From assembly GCA_910592345.1 (NCBI GenBank), contig CAJVPI010000374.1:1-32459 (forward strand): a stretch of DNA of 32,459 nucleotides, given 5' to 3'. Source of the DNA: Paraglomus brasilianum (taxonomy: Eukaryota). A program made the position numbers and the translations under genes. Every line of letters starts with the position of its first letter. Positions within the stretch are counted from its first letter, which is position 1. Below are positions 11,108 through 21,799 of this stretch, piece by piece. The notes under the pieces are model-generated. The model saw only the letters and a program-made list of their open reading frames with translations. It ran no database searches and was not told the origin of the DNA.

Positions 11108-13793
11108 TCATTGACATAAGTTAAAAAATTCTCTAGACTCCACTCCATCCTCTAATATGGCTTCAACTGCTGTTGCCATTTCTTCAGCAGTCATTTCCTT
11201 CTTCTCAGCAGCTTCTTCCTCCACTGGGTTTTCTTTTAAAGGGTTCTCTTCTTCTGCCTTTTCTTTGCCACTGAGAAGACCAAAATCTATCCCATCCACC
11301 TCATCTTCAATGTGCTTACACCTCCCACCAAGGTTTAGAAGTAAGTCAGCATCTCCTAAAGATTCTAACTCCATCAGTGACTTGGTCATCTCTGGATGAT
11401 GTAATTTGATAACTGGAGTTGGGGTAATAATTGGGGGGGTAGGATTGGTTTCTCCCTTTATCGATTTCAGTGGGATAGTAGTCGTCTTCTCCTTCTTCAA
11501 AGGCACTTTGTCCTCTAATTCTTCTGCTTTCCTCTTCATACCACTTGGCCTCAATTTCTCATCTCCTTTTATATTTTCTAGCCTCTTCTTTTCTTCACTG
11601 GGGGAGCCCAAAAAAATCTTCCTCAGGCATAGTCTCTCCTCTCCTTTGATCAAAGGTCCTAAAGACCCACCTTGCTTTGTCATAGATATACTCTCCAAGT
11701 CTTTTATAGGGAGACTTGGTTTCTCCCTGTTTATACCAGTTGACATTTGTTCTTTGGACTGGTTTGGAGGGCTCATAGATTTTTTATGGGAATTAGGGTC
11801 CTCTTCTTTTTGGGCAGTTGGCTGGACTGAATTGGAGCCTGGCTCCTTGGTCTTTTGCTTGGTTGGGGTCCTAATTCTGTAGACCCTTGTGTGGTATTCC
11901 TCATCACTTGTCCACATGGGTGTTGTGGTACCTGTGGGGTAATACTTTTGTCCCAGGTGGTTTTTGTGGATGTTGTGGAGTTTGTGTCAGACTCTGTGTC
12001 ACTGGTGGCTTGGGAGTGGCTTGGTTGAGAGATGGCTTGGGCAGGGGGCAGATATTGCTTGCTGGAAGTCATTTTCCTGCAGGCATCTTCCACTCTTCAA
12101 TAATCTGACTTGCAGAGGGATTAAACTTCCAGCTTCTGGCCCACTGGAAGCCATTGCACTCATTGTATGACTGGATGAGTTCCCTATTCTTGATTGCAGT
12201 GAGGAGGGAGAACATTTCTCCAATTGTTGATTTTGGCTTTCCCCAGATCAGGAGTTCATTGAGGATTGTCCAGAGGGAGACCACTTTCTGATTTTCTCTT
12301 CTGATCTCCATATAATTTCCTGTTGATCATCATCCTTAAAGAGACAATGGTTGGTACATAGGAGCCTGATAACTTTTCACAAAGCAAAATTAATATTAAG
12401 ACAAAAAAAAATTGTGTCAAAAATAATGTAACCTAATACTAACTGTTTCAGCTTGCTTTTGATATATTTATCATGCAATTTGCATGCTGGCAGACTAGTT
12501 ATGCTGAGGTACTCTATAAATATAAAAAAGTGTCTCATTAGATTATTAGCTTACTGAACATTAAGATCACTGAACATTCAGCAATTAGAAACCATCGGAA
12601 CTATTGTAATATGTAAATCTATATTAATATCTAGTCTTTTTTTTTTGTACAAGCATGACAAAAAAACAAACCTTTCATAAGCCAAAGTGAATAGTCATAA
12701 GACACTGAAAGAGTTTCTCTGTTGATTAATACTCCACACCATAAAAAGTCTAAATAAATACAATTTAGTAAATAGTGTTAAATACAAAGAGATTAATGTA
12801 GAAAAAAAAATTTTTTTGTTTGAATAATCTAAATATCATTTTCAATGACAGGAGATTCTGGTAAATGAACCTTGGATTTTATCTTATTGGTATGCCAACC
12901 ATAGTTTGGAAATCCTGGTCATATTAACATTAAAATTATTTACAAAATATAAAAAAAACAATAATGAATACTGTAAATATCATAAACTCTATACCATTTT
13001 CTATTTTGCTCACAAATGTTCTCACCAATTCATCATTGTGAGAAATTATGAGCATATCATCAATGCAGTTTTGGAAGACCTATGTGTGTTAAATAATGTT
13101 ATAGTAATAAAAAGTATTATTACTATAAAAATGCATTTTAATTTTACAATATACTGTCACACTTACACAGTCTTGCGATAGCACAAATGCCAGCTCTTCT
13201 TTTATTAAATTATTAAAGACTTGTCTAGCAGACCAAATTATATAGCCATTAATATTATATATTAATACAATACAAATACAAAGTAAAAGAATACCAATAT
13301 ACAATACCTGTAAACTGCATCAGATATTAATGCTCCTTGAGGAATCCCTCTTTTATACTTGTAATAACCACCATTGATCTGATTTTTTAATCTATGTTAA
13401 TGAGTATATTTAATATTTACCAATGTTATGTTCTAATAATGTATTAGCATAATTATAATGTGGCAAAAATCTTAACCTTAAATGTGGTTTCTGTTACAAA
13501 CTGCCCAATGGTTCTCATCACCTGTTCTTGAGAGAATGTCTCAACCTTCTTGATGAGAAATACCTTCTCATTCTTGCTAGGTCTGGGATTGGCAATCATC
13601 TCTTGAATAGATTCATCTACATCAGAATTTATCTCTATAAATAATAATATCTTAACATAATATTAATATATAACACTTGTGCAACTCAATTACCTGAAGG
13701 TGATGCAACCATTTTTACAGCAACAAGTGAAAAAACATTATATTCTTTACATTGTAAAGTTTGTTCTTTCATCACTTGTAGTAGCTTTTCTTG
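11108..13793 (-). pseudogene. TERT: Divergent telomerase reverse transcriptase (TERT)-like gene, multi-intron, 5'-truncated and disabled
   Basis: Exons 13793-13694, 13634-13477, 13378-13308, 13224-13167, 13079-12995, 12914-12837, 12749-12672 and 12513-12444 splice in consistent phases. They give QEKLLQVMKEQTLQCKEY...FVTETTFK|INGGYYKYKRGIPQGALISDAVYR|QVFNNLIKEELAFVLSQDC|VFQNCIDDMLIISH...FVSKIENG|FPNYGWHTNKIKSK...|DFLWCGVLINRETLSVSYDYS (IFD, motifs B', C, D, E). The donor at 12836 is AT rather than GT, and stops occur in the 3' part. Including 11108-12372 in the gene is tentative. Confidence 0.85.
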
Positions 13794-14500
13794 TTATAAT
13801 TAGACTTGCACTTGAAATGCAATAAACGGGGAAATATTCGTCTAGACATGTGTTTATCGTTATAATCCGTATAATCGTTAATCACACAGGCCCGGGAAAT
13901 GGCAGGCATGGTGTCATATCGAGAATAGCCAAGCCAAAAGAAGAATGCGTTTGCGGCAAACAATTCACTGATAGCCTGATCTTTGTCGTGTCGTTAAGTT
14001 CGACTCGCCTTAATGATGCCGCGAAGCTACTGTTAGAACCGTGCATGAAACTCGTTAGCAATTACAAAATTATCATCCTCACATTTTACCTTTCTAGCTC
14101 GTTGGCTAGTCTTATACCATCTTGCTTTAGATTCGAACACAACCACGACGCCAGTAGTTCCACGAGCAATTTCACTGTTCCAGTATCACTTGTTTGCATA
14201 AACATCTATTACAACGTATTTTGTAAGATTCTCAGATCCGATGGAAGTCGTCCCGAATGTATGACCCATCGCCCACGCAAACAGTGAAGTGAAGGCTTAC
14301 TGCCGAACGTAGGGAAATTATCGAAAGTCATCCATGACACTTGTTCCCATGCTCCATAGCGCGCTGCAAGCTGCTCGTGGTCATAATTGTCGTCTCATCG
14401 TCAGACCGTCTTTTACGCCCTCTGCGTAGCTACGAGCACTCTCAGCAGCCAATTTGGGACCTAATATGAGACCTTGCACCGTCACGGTGGTTCGGATCTT
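13794..14500 (-). pseudogene. Decayed spliced gene of unknown family
   Basis: CpG-rich segment with GTAAGC...TAG and GTAAAA...GCTAAC...CAGTAG intron-like signals. The spliced reading DNYDHEQLAARYGAWEQVSWMTFDNFPTFG|NVYANK*YWNSEIARG...RARK|LRGIIKASRT*RHDKDQAISELFAANAFFFWLGYSRY contains stops. Confidence 0.35.
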
Positions 14501-14688
14501 ATAAACTATTGTTTGTGTTTCAGAATCATGCATTTATAAATTTTATTGGGATATAAAAGTACGAAAGTCGGTTGAAAGTAGGGCAATATTTTTGATAATA
14601 CATGTGTATCAAATCATCTAGAGACATAATTCGAACAACAAGATTGAGATTAAGATTAAGATTTTAATCTACATTTCATTTCTTCATG

Positions 14689-14736
14689 TTTGGCAATGAT
14701 CAACACCGAAAAAACGCCTTTCAATTTTATACTAGT
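14689..14736 (+). repeat. Dispersed short repeat, copy 2 (copy 1 at 2374-2430)
   Basis: TTTGGCAATGATCAACACCGAAAAAACGCCTTTCAATTTTATACTAGT, matching copy 1. Confidence 0.6.
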
Positions 14737-14965
14737 ACCTAACTATTTATCCTATATGATTTCAGGAAATGTGACGGCTTTTGCTATCATGAATCGATAG
14801 GCAAATGACAAAGCAGTCAACCATGCACAAAGAAACTAGCATTCTCAATATCACACTGTATCTAAATTTACTTTATTATTGAATTGAACACCATCTTTTT
14901 TATTTACATTCAGTTCTCAAAACATGCCAATGGACATCAACCATCTCCTACCGACCATTTTCTCT

Positions 14966-17879
14966 TCACTTTCCTCCTCCAATAAAATCAAAAACATTTT
15001 CACCTAAGCCAGCCTCATTCATCACACGCCATAGTTGTCTCTCAGCTTCGTACACACCGTCAATGACTGGATCAACGATGGAGGTGTGAGCGTCGATTAA
15101 GCGTAGATGAGAAGAGAGAGAGTGCTTAAGATTGGATAATGAATCGGGCGACGGTGGCGACTGTTTAAAGGAATGCATGAAGGCAAATCAATAGAAATAG
15201 GGACTGTTAGTCGTGAGGGTGGAAACGGAGGAATAGTTAGTTTATCCTTCTCTCCATACTCACGGTCCATGAGACGTCTGTAGTCACATGAGTAAGATAT
15301 TTTTTGATTAAGTCGTTGTCGATGTCAACAAGATCATCCGGATCTTCCACCTCCTTCAGTAGAGGATGAAGCTAATAGGTTTGTATTAATTCAACCCAAA
15401 AGGGACGAGACAATAGACTTGATTAACTCTCATGGTACATTCCACGTTTATCGTACACACGGTATACAAATACATAATACGACAATCGCAGGTACCTTAG
15501 ATTTCTGCAAGGAACGATTTCTTGAATCGACCGACTTTTTAGCACTTTGCAAGCTCTTTAAGAATTCCGATTCTTCTTTTAATAGTCTACATATAAAAAA
15601 AGACACCTTTTATATCAATCTAGCCTTCCCCTGTACAACTCCCACTAAAGCAAAGATGCTCACCGCTTTTCTTTCTCCAACTGCATCTCCATTTGTTTTA
15701 TTTGGTCTGTTTCCTGTACCAGTAAAGCTTCAAGATCTTGCTTGTAAACATAATAATTTATATTAATAAAGACCCTTTAATAGACCGTAAAACGCGATAA
15801 GGAAAATGGGAAATATACATGATGCAAAGATAGCTTCTTGTAATCGAGACTACTGGTCGCGTTTGTAGCCACTGGAACAGTCAGGGTATCCAAGGATTTG
15901 CTTATTCTATTGGGATACAACAGGGTGTGAGACAAGCAAAAAGTAAAGCGACATACATCTGATAGCACTTACTGTAAAATCAACTTGTCCAATTCAACCT
16001 GCAGTTGCTTCCTCCGTGATGCTCCATTTACGTGGGCCAAGACGGCTCTTGAAGAAATACAGACAAACAACAATAAGACTCTCCGCGAATGTACTTCCCA
16101 TCCCACGTATTCTTACCCAAATATTCTCTCATGTCTAATCACGACGCTCTTTTGTCACTGGTGCCTATGTCAAAGACAAAATTTCAAAAGCTACTCACGG
16201 TACAGCATTTCGTAACAGCTTGTTGATAAGCCGTTTCGACGCAGCATCAAGTGGCCTCCATCTATTCTTTACTATTGATGAAGACACTGAACGTACTGTC
16301 TTTATAAGCGTCGTTGAAGATGAAGCAGGAGCTACAAGAGTAGGGATAATTAGGAACTATAGCGTTTAGACATTCAAACCCGATTGTCGTGCTATATTAA
16401 CTTTTATACCTTGACTTTCGGAATCATCATATTCAACGTCTTGCATCTCTTCATCCTCTTCGTCTTCTTTCACTTCTTTACCCCCTACAATCGCATCCCT
16501 CTCTTCGTCCTCGTACTCATCATCACCATCCCCTTCCTCCTCGCCACTCTTCTCCATTGTCCAATCGTCGTTTTCCTCATCATCTAAAATAACTCTCGCT
16601 CTCTTAAACCTTCTACTACTACTCTCGCGCCTTAAAGAACGTGTATTTTCTTCCACAATTTCACAATCTACTGCTTCAGCTATAGTGTCTACAGTTTCTC
16701 TTCGCGAGCTTCTCGGTGTTGTTATTCCTACCATTAATTCATCTATGAAAAAACCTTGATCAGCTACTCGAATTACCTCATTACCTGCTTCTTGAACTAA
16801 TTCATCAGCTACTTCATCAGATAGTCCACTAGTCACTTCATTAGCTAGTTCACCAACTAACTCATTAACTGCTGTGTCAGAAATTTCATCAGCCACTTCA
16901 TCAGGTGCCTCATCAGCCACTTCATCAGCCACTTCATCAGATAGACCACTGACTACTTCATCTACAGGTTCAACAGCTACCCCACCAGATACTCCACTGG
17001 TTCCTTCATCTGCAGGTTCATCGGCTATTTCGCCAGCTATTTCATCCACCATTTCATCTGCTACTTCATCTGCAACGTCATCCATTACTTCATCAGATAT
17101 TTCATTATTTATTTCATCCACAACTTCATTTGTCTCGGTTTCTATTTCTTCTATTGCATTTTCGACTGTCGTTCCCTCCACTGTTGCTGGTTCTGTCGTT
17201 ACTTCTACCACGACGGCTACAGTTACTCCTGGTGCAGCTATAGGAGATGCCATCTCTTCTTGATCTGATATTACATCTGTTGTTGCAAAATTCGATACAT
17301 TTTCTCTATTTTCATCAATACTAGCATTCTCTTCCTCCTCAATTCCTTCTACTTTATCTCCTTCATCATCTTCTTCTTCTTTTCTTGTCTGCGTCCTCTT
17401 AGGTGAGCCATTTTCCTTTTCTATACTCGCTTTTGACTCTAAATATTCGTCCACCGTTCGTTTCCTCAAATTCCTCCTCTCGGCGGTCGACGGAAGCTTG
17501 ACCAATTTTGCAATCACATCTGACGTGGGATCGGAGGCTTCACGATGGGAATTACCAGCAAGACGCTTAGAGTAACGAGTTAGTCGCGTGCGCGATTTCG
17601 TAGGAGGAGAGTGGGGAGAAGAGCGTGAGCGGGAAGGAGAGGAAGGTTTGGAATTGGTGAGAGCATTTGAACGTGTGCTTGAGCGCGTTTGATGCAAGCG
17701 TGTTTTTAAGCGTGAGCGGGAAGGTTTGGAATTGGTGAGGGCATTTGGACGTGTACTGGAGCGCGTTTGGTGCAAGCGTGATCTCAAACGTGTTTGCACG
17801 ACCTGTCTTGAGAAAGAAAAGTATTATAGAAGGGGAAGTACAGAGAAAAGAAGAAGAAAGGCAGAAAAGAACTTACCAT
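14966..17879 (-). CDS. CENPQ: CENP-Q/Okp1/Fta7-like inner kinetochore protein with long disordered N-terminus (9 exons, ~720 aa)
   Basis: Exons 17879-17877, 17802-16410, 16331-16199, 16047-15973, 15906-15819, 15740-15664, 15586-15496, 15371-15264 and 15160-14966 are all GT-AG and total 2163 nt open. The C-terminal part (IVKNRWRPLD...LLRNAVPAVL...LDYKKL...DLEALL...coiled coil...KLHPLL...SLSSHL) matches the pattern of fungal CENP-Q proteins. Confidence 0.8.
16790..17130 (-). repeat. Coding 12-nt repeat encoding (DEVA)-like tetrapeptides
   Basis: Repeated TTCATCAGC(C/T)AC units on the + strand encode VADEVADEMVDEIAGEIADE...SDEVADEVADEAPDEVADE. Confidence 0.8.
17642..17782 (-). repeat. 78-nt coding tandem duplication (26-aa period)
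   Basis: RLHQTRSSTR[P/S]NALTNSKPS occurs twice. The DNA copies begin at 17642 and 17720. Confidence 0.85.
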
Positions 17880-18140
17880 TGGAGAGGAGTGTTGTTTCTA
17901 CGGCCGTTGTAGTCAAGAAGATCAAATATAATTTACGTGCGTCAAAATTTATTTGTTACACGAACGATTATGTCAATTGCAGATTTGCTGTTCTGATAAT
18001 GATGTTACTGGCATGTATTCGGAATTAAATAATAATATTGGTTACCAGTGTGCAGGTAAATGTGGGATTTTAACACCAGTATAATTTTAATGGCAATAGT
18101 GCTAGTATAAAATAGTTAGTGCTAGTATAAAATAGTAATA

Positions 18141-18495
18141 CAGTTTATATCCCCGCTTTGGGACGGAGCTTTTTCGGAGATATATTCAAGGTGGGATACA
18201 ACTGAGGTATATATGTGCATGCAACGTTATTTAAAGCATGCAAATTTGTTGGTTAATAGACCTTGCGAAGATTAAGCAAAGATGCTCTCTCTTATTAATA
18301 TGTTTATTTTATGGCCTGATTTATGTGGCCTGAAGTTATTAAAAGTGGCATGATATTCAATTGGTAGTACAATCCTGGCACAGATTATATAAATAGAAAT
18401 AGTGTGTAATACAAGTGTCATAATATAGCGAGGCACAATCATATAAGGGCATGGGAAATCGGGACCGTGGGATACAAATGAGGTAGATTTATACT
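18141..18495. repeat. DNA-transposon terminus/MITE remnant related to 9845-10062
   Basis: Begins TA|CAGTTTATATCCCCGCTTTGGGACGG...GGGATACAACTGAGGTA. GGGATACAAATGAGGTAGATTTATA (~18469) matches GGGATACAAGTGAGGTAAATTTATA (~9940). Confidence 0.5.
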
Positions 18496-19517
18496 AGCCG
18501 AATGAGGTAATCAAGATATGAATACACTCCGTGGCGGAAACAGCCCATTCATTAATACATACAGAATCAACTACCTACTAATGACAGAAAACTGCTGAGA
18601 GAATGATGGATTAAGATTAAGTGATAACAAAAGATATCTCTTATCGCGTAGTCAACTCGGTCGGACGCTTCTTCCCTTTGCGCGTTAGTTTGCTGCCAAA
18701 GTCAGAACAAAGTGAACAACAACATTATCATAATCGTTATCGTCAAACGCCACGGTTTGCTACATACAAACCAATTCTTCTTAATACTATCAAGATCGAT
18801 TAAGTTGATTGCATATAAAATTACGTGTACCCATTGAAGGACTTCTGTTGTGCGGCCTAAATATGTTGTAGGAATTAAACAACGGCAATGTCTAACGTAC
18901 AATAATTACAGCTAGGAATTTTAGAATTGCCAGACGATTTACGAAATTTTTAGCAGAAATAAACTACTAATAAAAGACCAGAACAATTGCATGGGAGAAA
19001 CATACTCGGATCCAAAGTCATTAAAGGGTATAATCTATTTGCTATTTCTGGTCACACTTGATGCAAAACATATTTAATTATTCTTGTCACTGATAATATT
19101 AATTCCATTACTATTGTCTTCATTCTTCGCATATTCCATTAACTACAGTTAGATTGCCACTCTGACATCTTTTCGTGGACTTGTTCGCTTCACTGAAGAT
19201 AAATTTCTTGTTGTAGAGACATTCATTAAGTAACATATCTTAGATGATGAATCGAATCCAATACATAAGATCGTTTTTGGTTACATGTTATAGTCTTAAT
19301 ATTCTGGAGCTAGCATTACTGCATTACGAGTTGGTCATTACAGATTATGCCATTTAGCAATGAATCAAGAATGAAACCAATCAAAGGAATTCGATTGTGA
19401 AAGCAAGCATAGTACTTTTACGTTAATTTGATTGGCTATACTAATACGGGTTTTAATCATGTGATTGAACAATTTTCTGATCCGACAAAGTTGTGTTTTC
19501 TGCAAGATGTACAAAGT

Positions 19518-20523
19518 ATGCCTAAAGTGAAAGCGCGACGCACTCCTAAACTAAGTATGGCTTAATGTGAGCATTATGCACAACAGAAAAATGAAAGCTA
19601 ATACGAATGTATAATAAGATGCAGGCCAGCGTCTGCTGGAGCTACGACAGACATTGAAAAGACTAGTGAGAGATGACTTCCAGGCAAGTACCCTCACTGT
19701 CTAAAAGAGTGGATTGCAATGTTAAACGACAACCGTAATTACGCAGGATATGGAGCAAGTCAACATAATACTTGAACAAATTGAAAAAACGCGCGCCACG
19801 GTCCACATGCTTCAGGTAACAAAAAGTCCAACCGTCTTTCCGTTGCATATTGACATTTCAATTTACGTGACCTATCTTCCCCCTCCTTTACAAAAAATGC
19901 TCGCCCTATATCAGGAAAGTAATATAGGCAAATTGGTGCGCAAGATAGCCACTCTTGAAATAGAGCCAGATCCATACATGATCAAATCCCGCTGCCTTGC
20001 TTTGATGCAACGTTATCGGCGCACTCTCGAAAACTACAAACGTCGCCATGTTGCTGAATTTTACTACAATACCGATACCCCTGTCTCTACCATTTCCGAT
20101 GCTCCTGCTTATGAGTCAGAAGAATCTAATCCGTTTGTAATCCTTCAAAACGATATTGAAACTGATAGCGATTGTGGCGAAGAGGACGTCGAAGGTGGTG
20201 GGGGAACATATTTTATAGTATATGATGCGAGAGCTTGTGAAGATAACGTTAATGAGGATAATGATTATTATAACGATGTGAAGGAGGAGGGCAATGATGA
20301 GGCACTGCGAGAGGAGGCTATTGTTGTAAAACAAGAGAGTAATTTTGCTGGATATAATGAAAGCATTGATGATGTTGTGGAGGAGGTTGATAATAAGGGT
20401 TTAATTTTTGATGGAGATAAAATCAAGATTAAGGAAGAAGATAAGAAGACAAAGAAAGAGGAAGGGAACAGTAAAGAAACAGTAATGGTTAGGGAGAAGA
20501 GGAATAAGAAACAAAGTTCTTAA
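19518..20523 (+). CDS. TFIIS-N/Med26-like helical-domain protein with acidic tail (4 exons: 19518-19554, 19625-19683, 19747-19815, 19915-20523; ~257 aa)
   Basis: Spliced product: MPKVKARRTPKLSQRLLELRQTLKRLVRDDFQDMEQVNIILEQIEKTRATVHMLQESNIGKLVRKIATLEIEPDPYMIKSRCLALMQRY. The LQxSxIGKxVxKI...RCxxLxxxY pattern resembles the C-terminal helical domain of fungal PWWP proteins. Intron 2 uses a GCAAGT donor. Confidence 0.7.
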
Positions 20524-21159
20524 TTGTCATCGCCATAATAATCAGAAGAACTAGGATTATTAAAACGACAGCTGATTATACTTTTGCTGCCTCTGGATAA
20601 TCTGGTTAGTTCTTGTTATTTTGTTTTCTCGAAACAGCTATAATGTGATTTTACTGTCTCGAACCACCAGGTGTTGAAATAGCAAATGACTGCAAGACTG
20701 TCTTGCCATAAGCCAAGATGTGGTCTATTAAATAAATCTGCGTCAGAAAAAAACCTAATTTTCATGGCACGAAAATATCTGATATTTTACGCATGTTTGG
20801 TAGCATATAGTACAGTATATGGATATCTATATCTGGCGCATTGAGATAGTAAACAGCGATCTTGTTTATTAACACTATCGTTGTCTGAATCTTTGTTCCC
20901 TGCTGTGATATTGTAATGACATTATATGTACGTAAATATCCTGCCCATTTTGAATTAACGCACCCCTCTTACAGTCTAGCGTCAAATAACTTTTAGAAAA
21001 CTAAAAACTTATAAAACTTATCGAAATTCATACGTGTTGAGTTTTCTATGCATCCCTAATTTGTAATTTCCGTCACACACTTGATATTAAAATCTGATTG
21101 GTCAAAATCGATATTTTTCATCGAAAAAAGATTTCTCGCTCCCCACTTATGATTTGACA

Positions 21160-21799
21160 ATGGACGTTGATAGTCCGAGGGATGCGCCTTTGATTGTGGA
21201 TGATCTGGAGCTTACACCAGACAAGCTTGACTTTGTAAGGCCCGTTTTTATGTTACATATGACTTTTATAGTTTTTATGTCTTGCAATCATGCATCAGAT
21301 ATTGTTTAACATCTATCTTTTCTATTTACGATCAGACTGTTGGCCCTCATGGAGATAAGACCACCATCACGTTCGTTATAAAGAATGAAGATCACACTCT
21401 TGGAAATGCATTAAGATTCATGATAATGAAAAAGTGTGTATACTATTATATCGGGTTTTGCGTTTGATATGGATTGCAAGATATGAATTGTTAACTCTTG
21501 ATATGGTGATAGTCCCGAAGTCACATATTGTGGTTATTCAATACCTCACCCGTCAGAAGCAAAGCTTCACTTGAGAATTCAGACAACGAGTATGTATAAA
21601 CTGGTTTCTGATTCTAAGTAACGTCACCTGCTGACGACTTTCTTATCGTTCTGATTTAACTTCATCAGGCAACACAGATGCAATAAGTGCTCTCAAAAAA
21701 GGGTTACTTGATTTGGAAAAAATGTGTAGACATATACAAAAGGAGTTTACAAAGTCTGTTGAAGAGGGAAACTATGAGTGTGAAGTCGAAGCACCATGA
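21160..21799 (+). CDS. RPC19: DNA-directed RNA polymerases I and III subunit AC19/RPAC2 (4 exons: 21160-21234, 21336-21433, 21513-21589, 21669-21799; 126 aa)
   Basis: [46 protein letters not shown]...[13 protein letters not shown] is the RPB11/AC19 signature with the AC19-type [10 protein letters not shown]. All introns are GT-AG. Confidence 0.95.

Noticed and set aside
11157..12170. + strand ORFs opposite the TERT-associated region
   Set aside because: These are Ser/Phe/Leu-rich antisense readings of Lys/Glu-rich minus-strand coding sequence.
16384..18028. + strand ORFs 16384-16587, 16874-17263 and 17726-18028
   Set aside because: They are antisense to the CENP-Q-like gene, and their composition is explained by its repeats.
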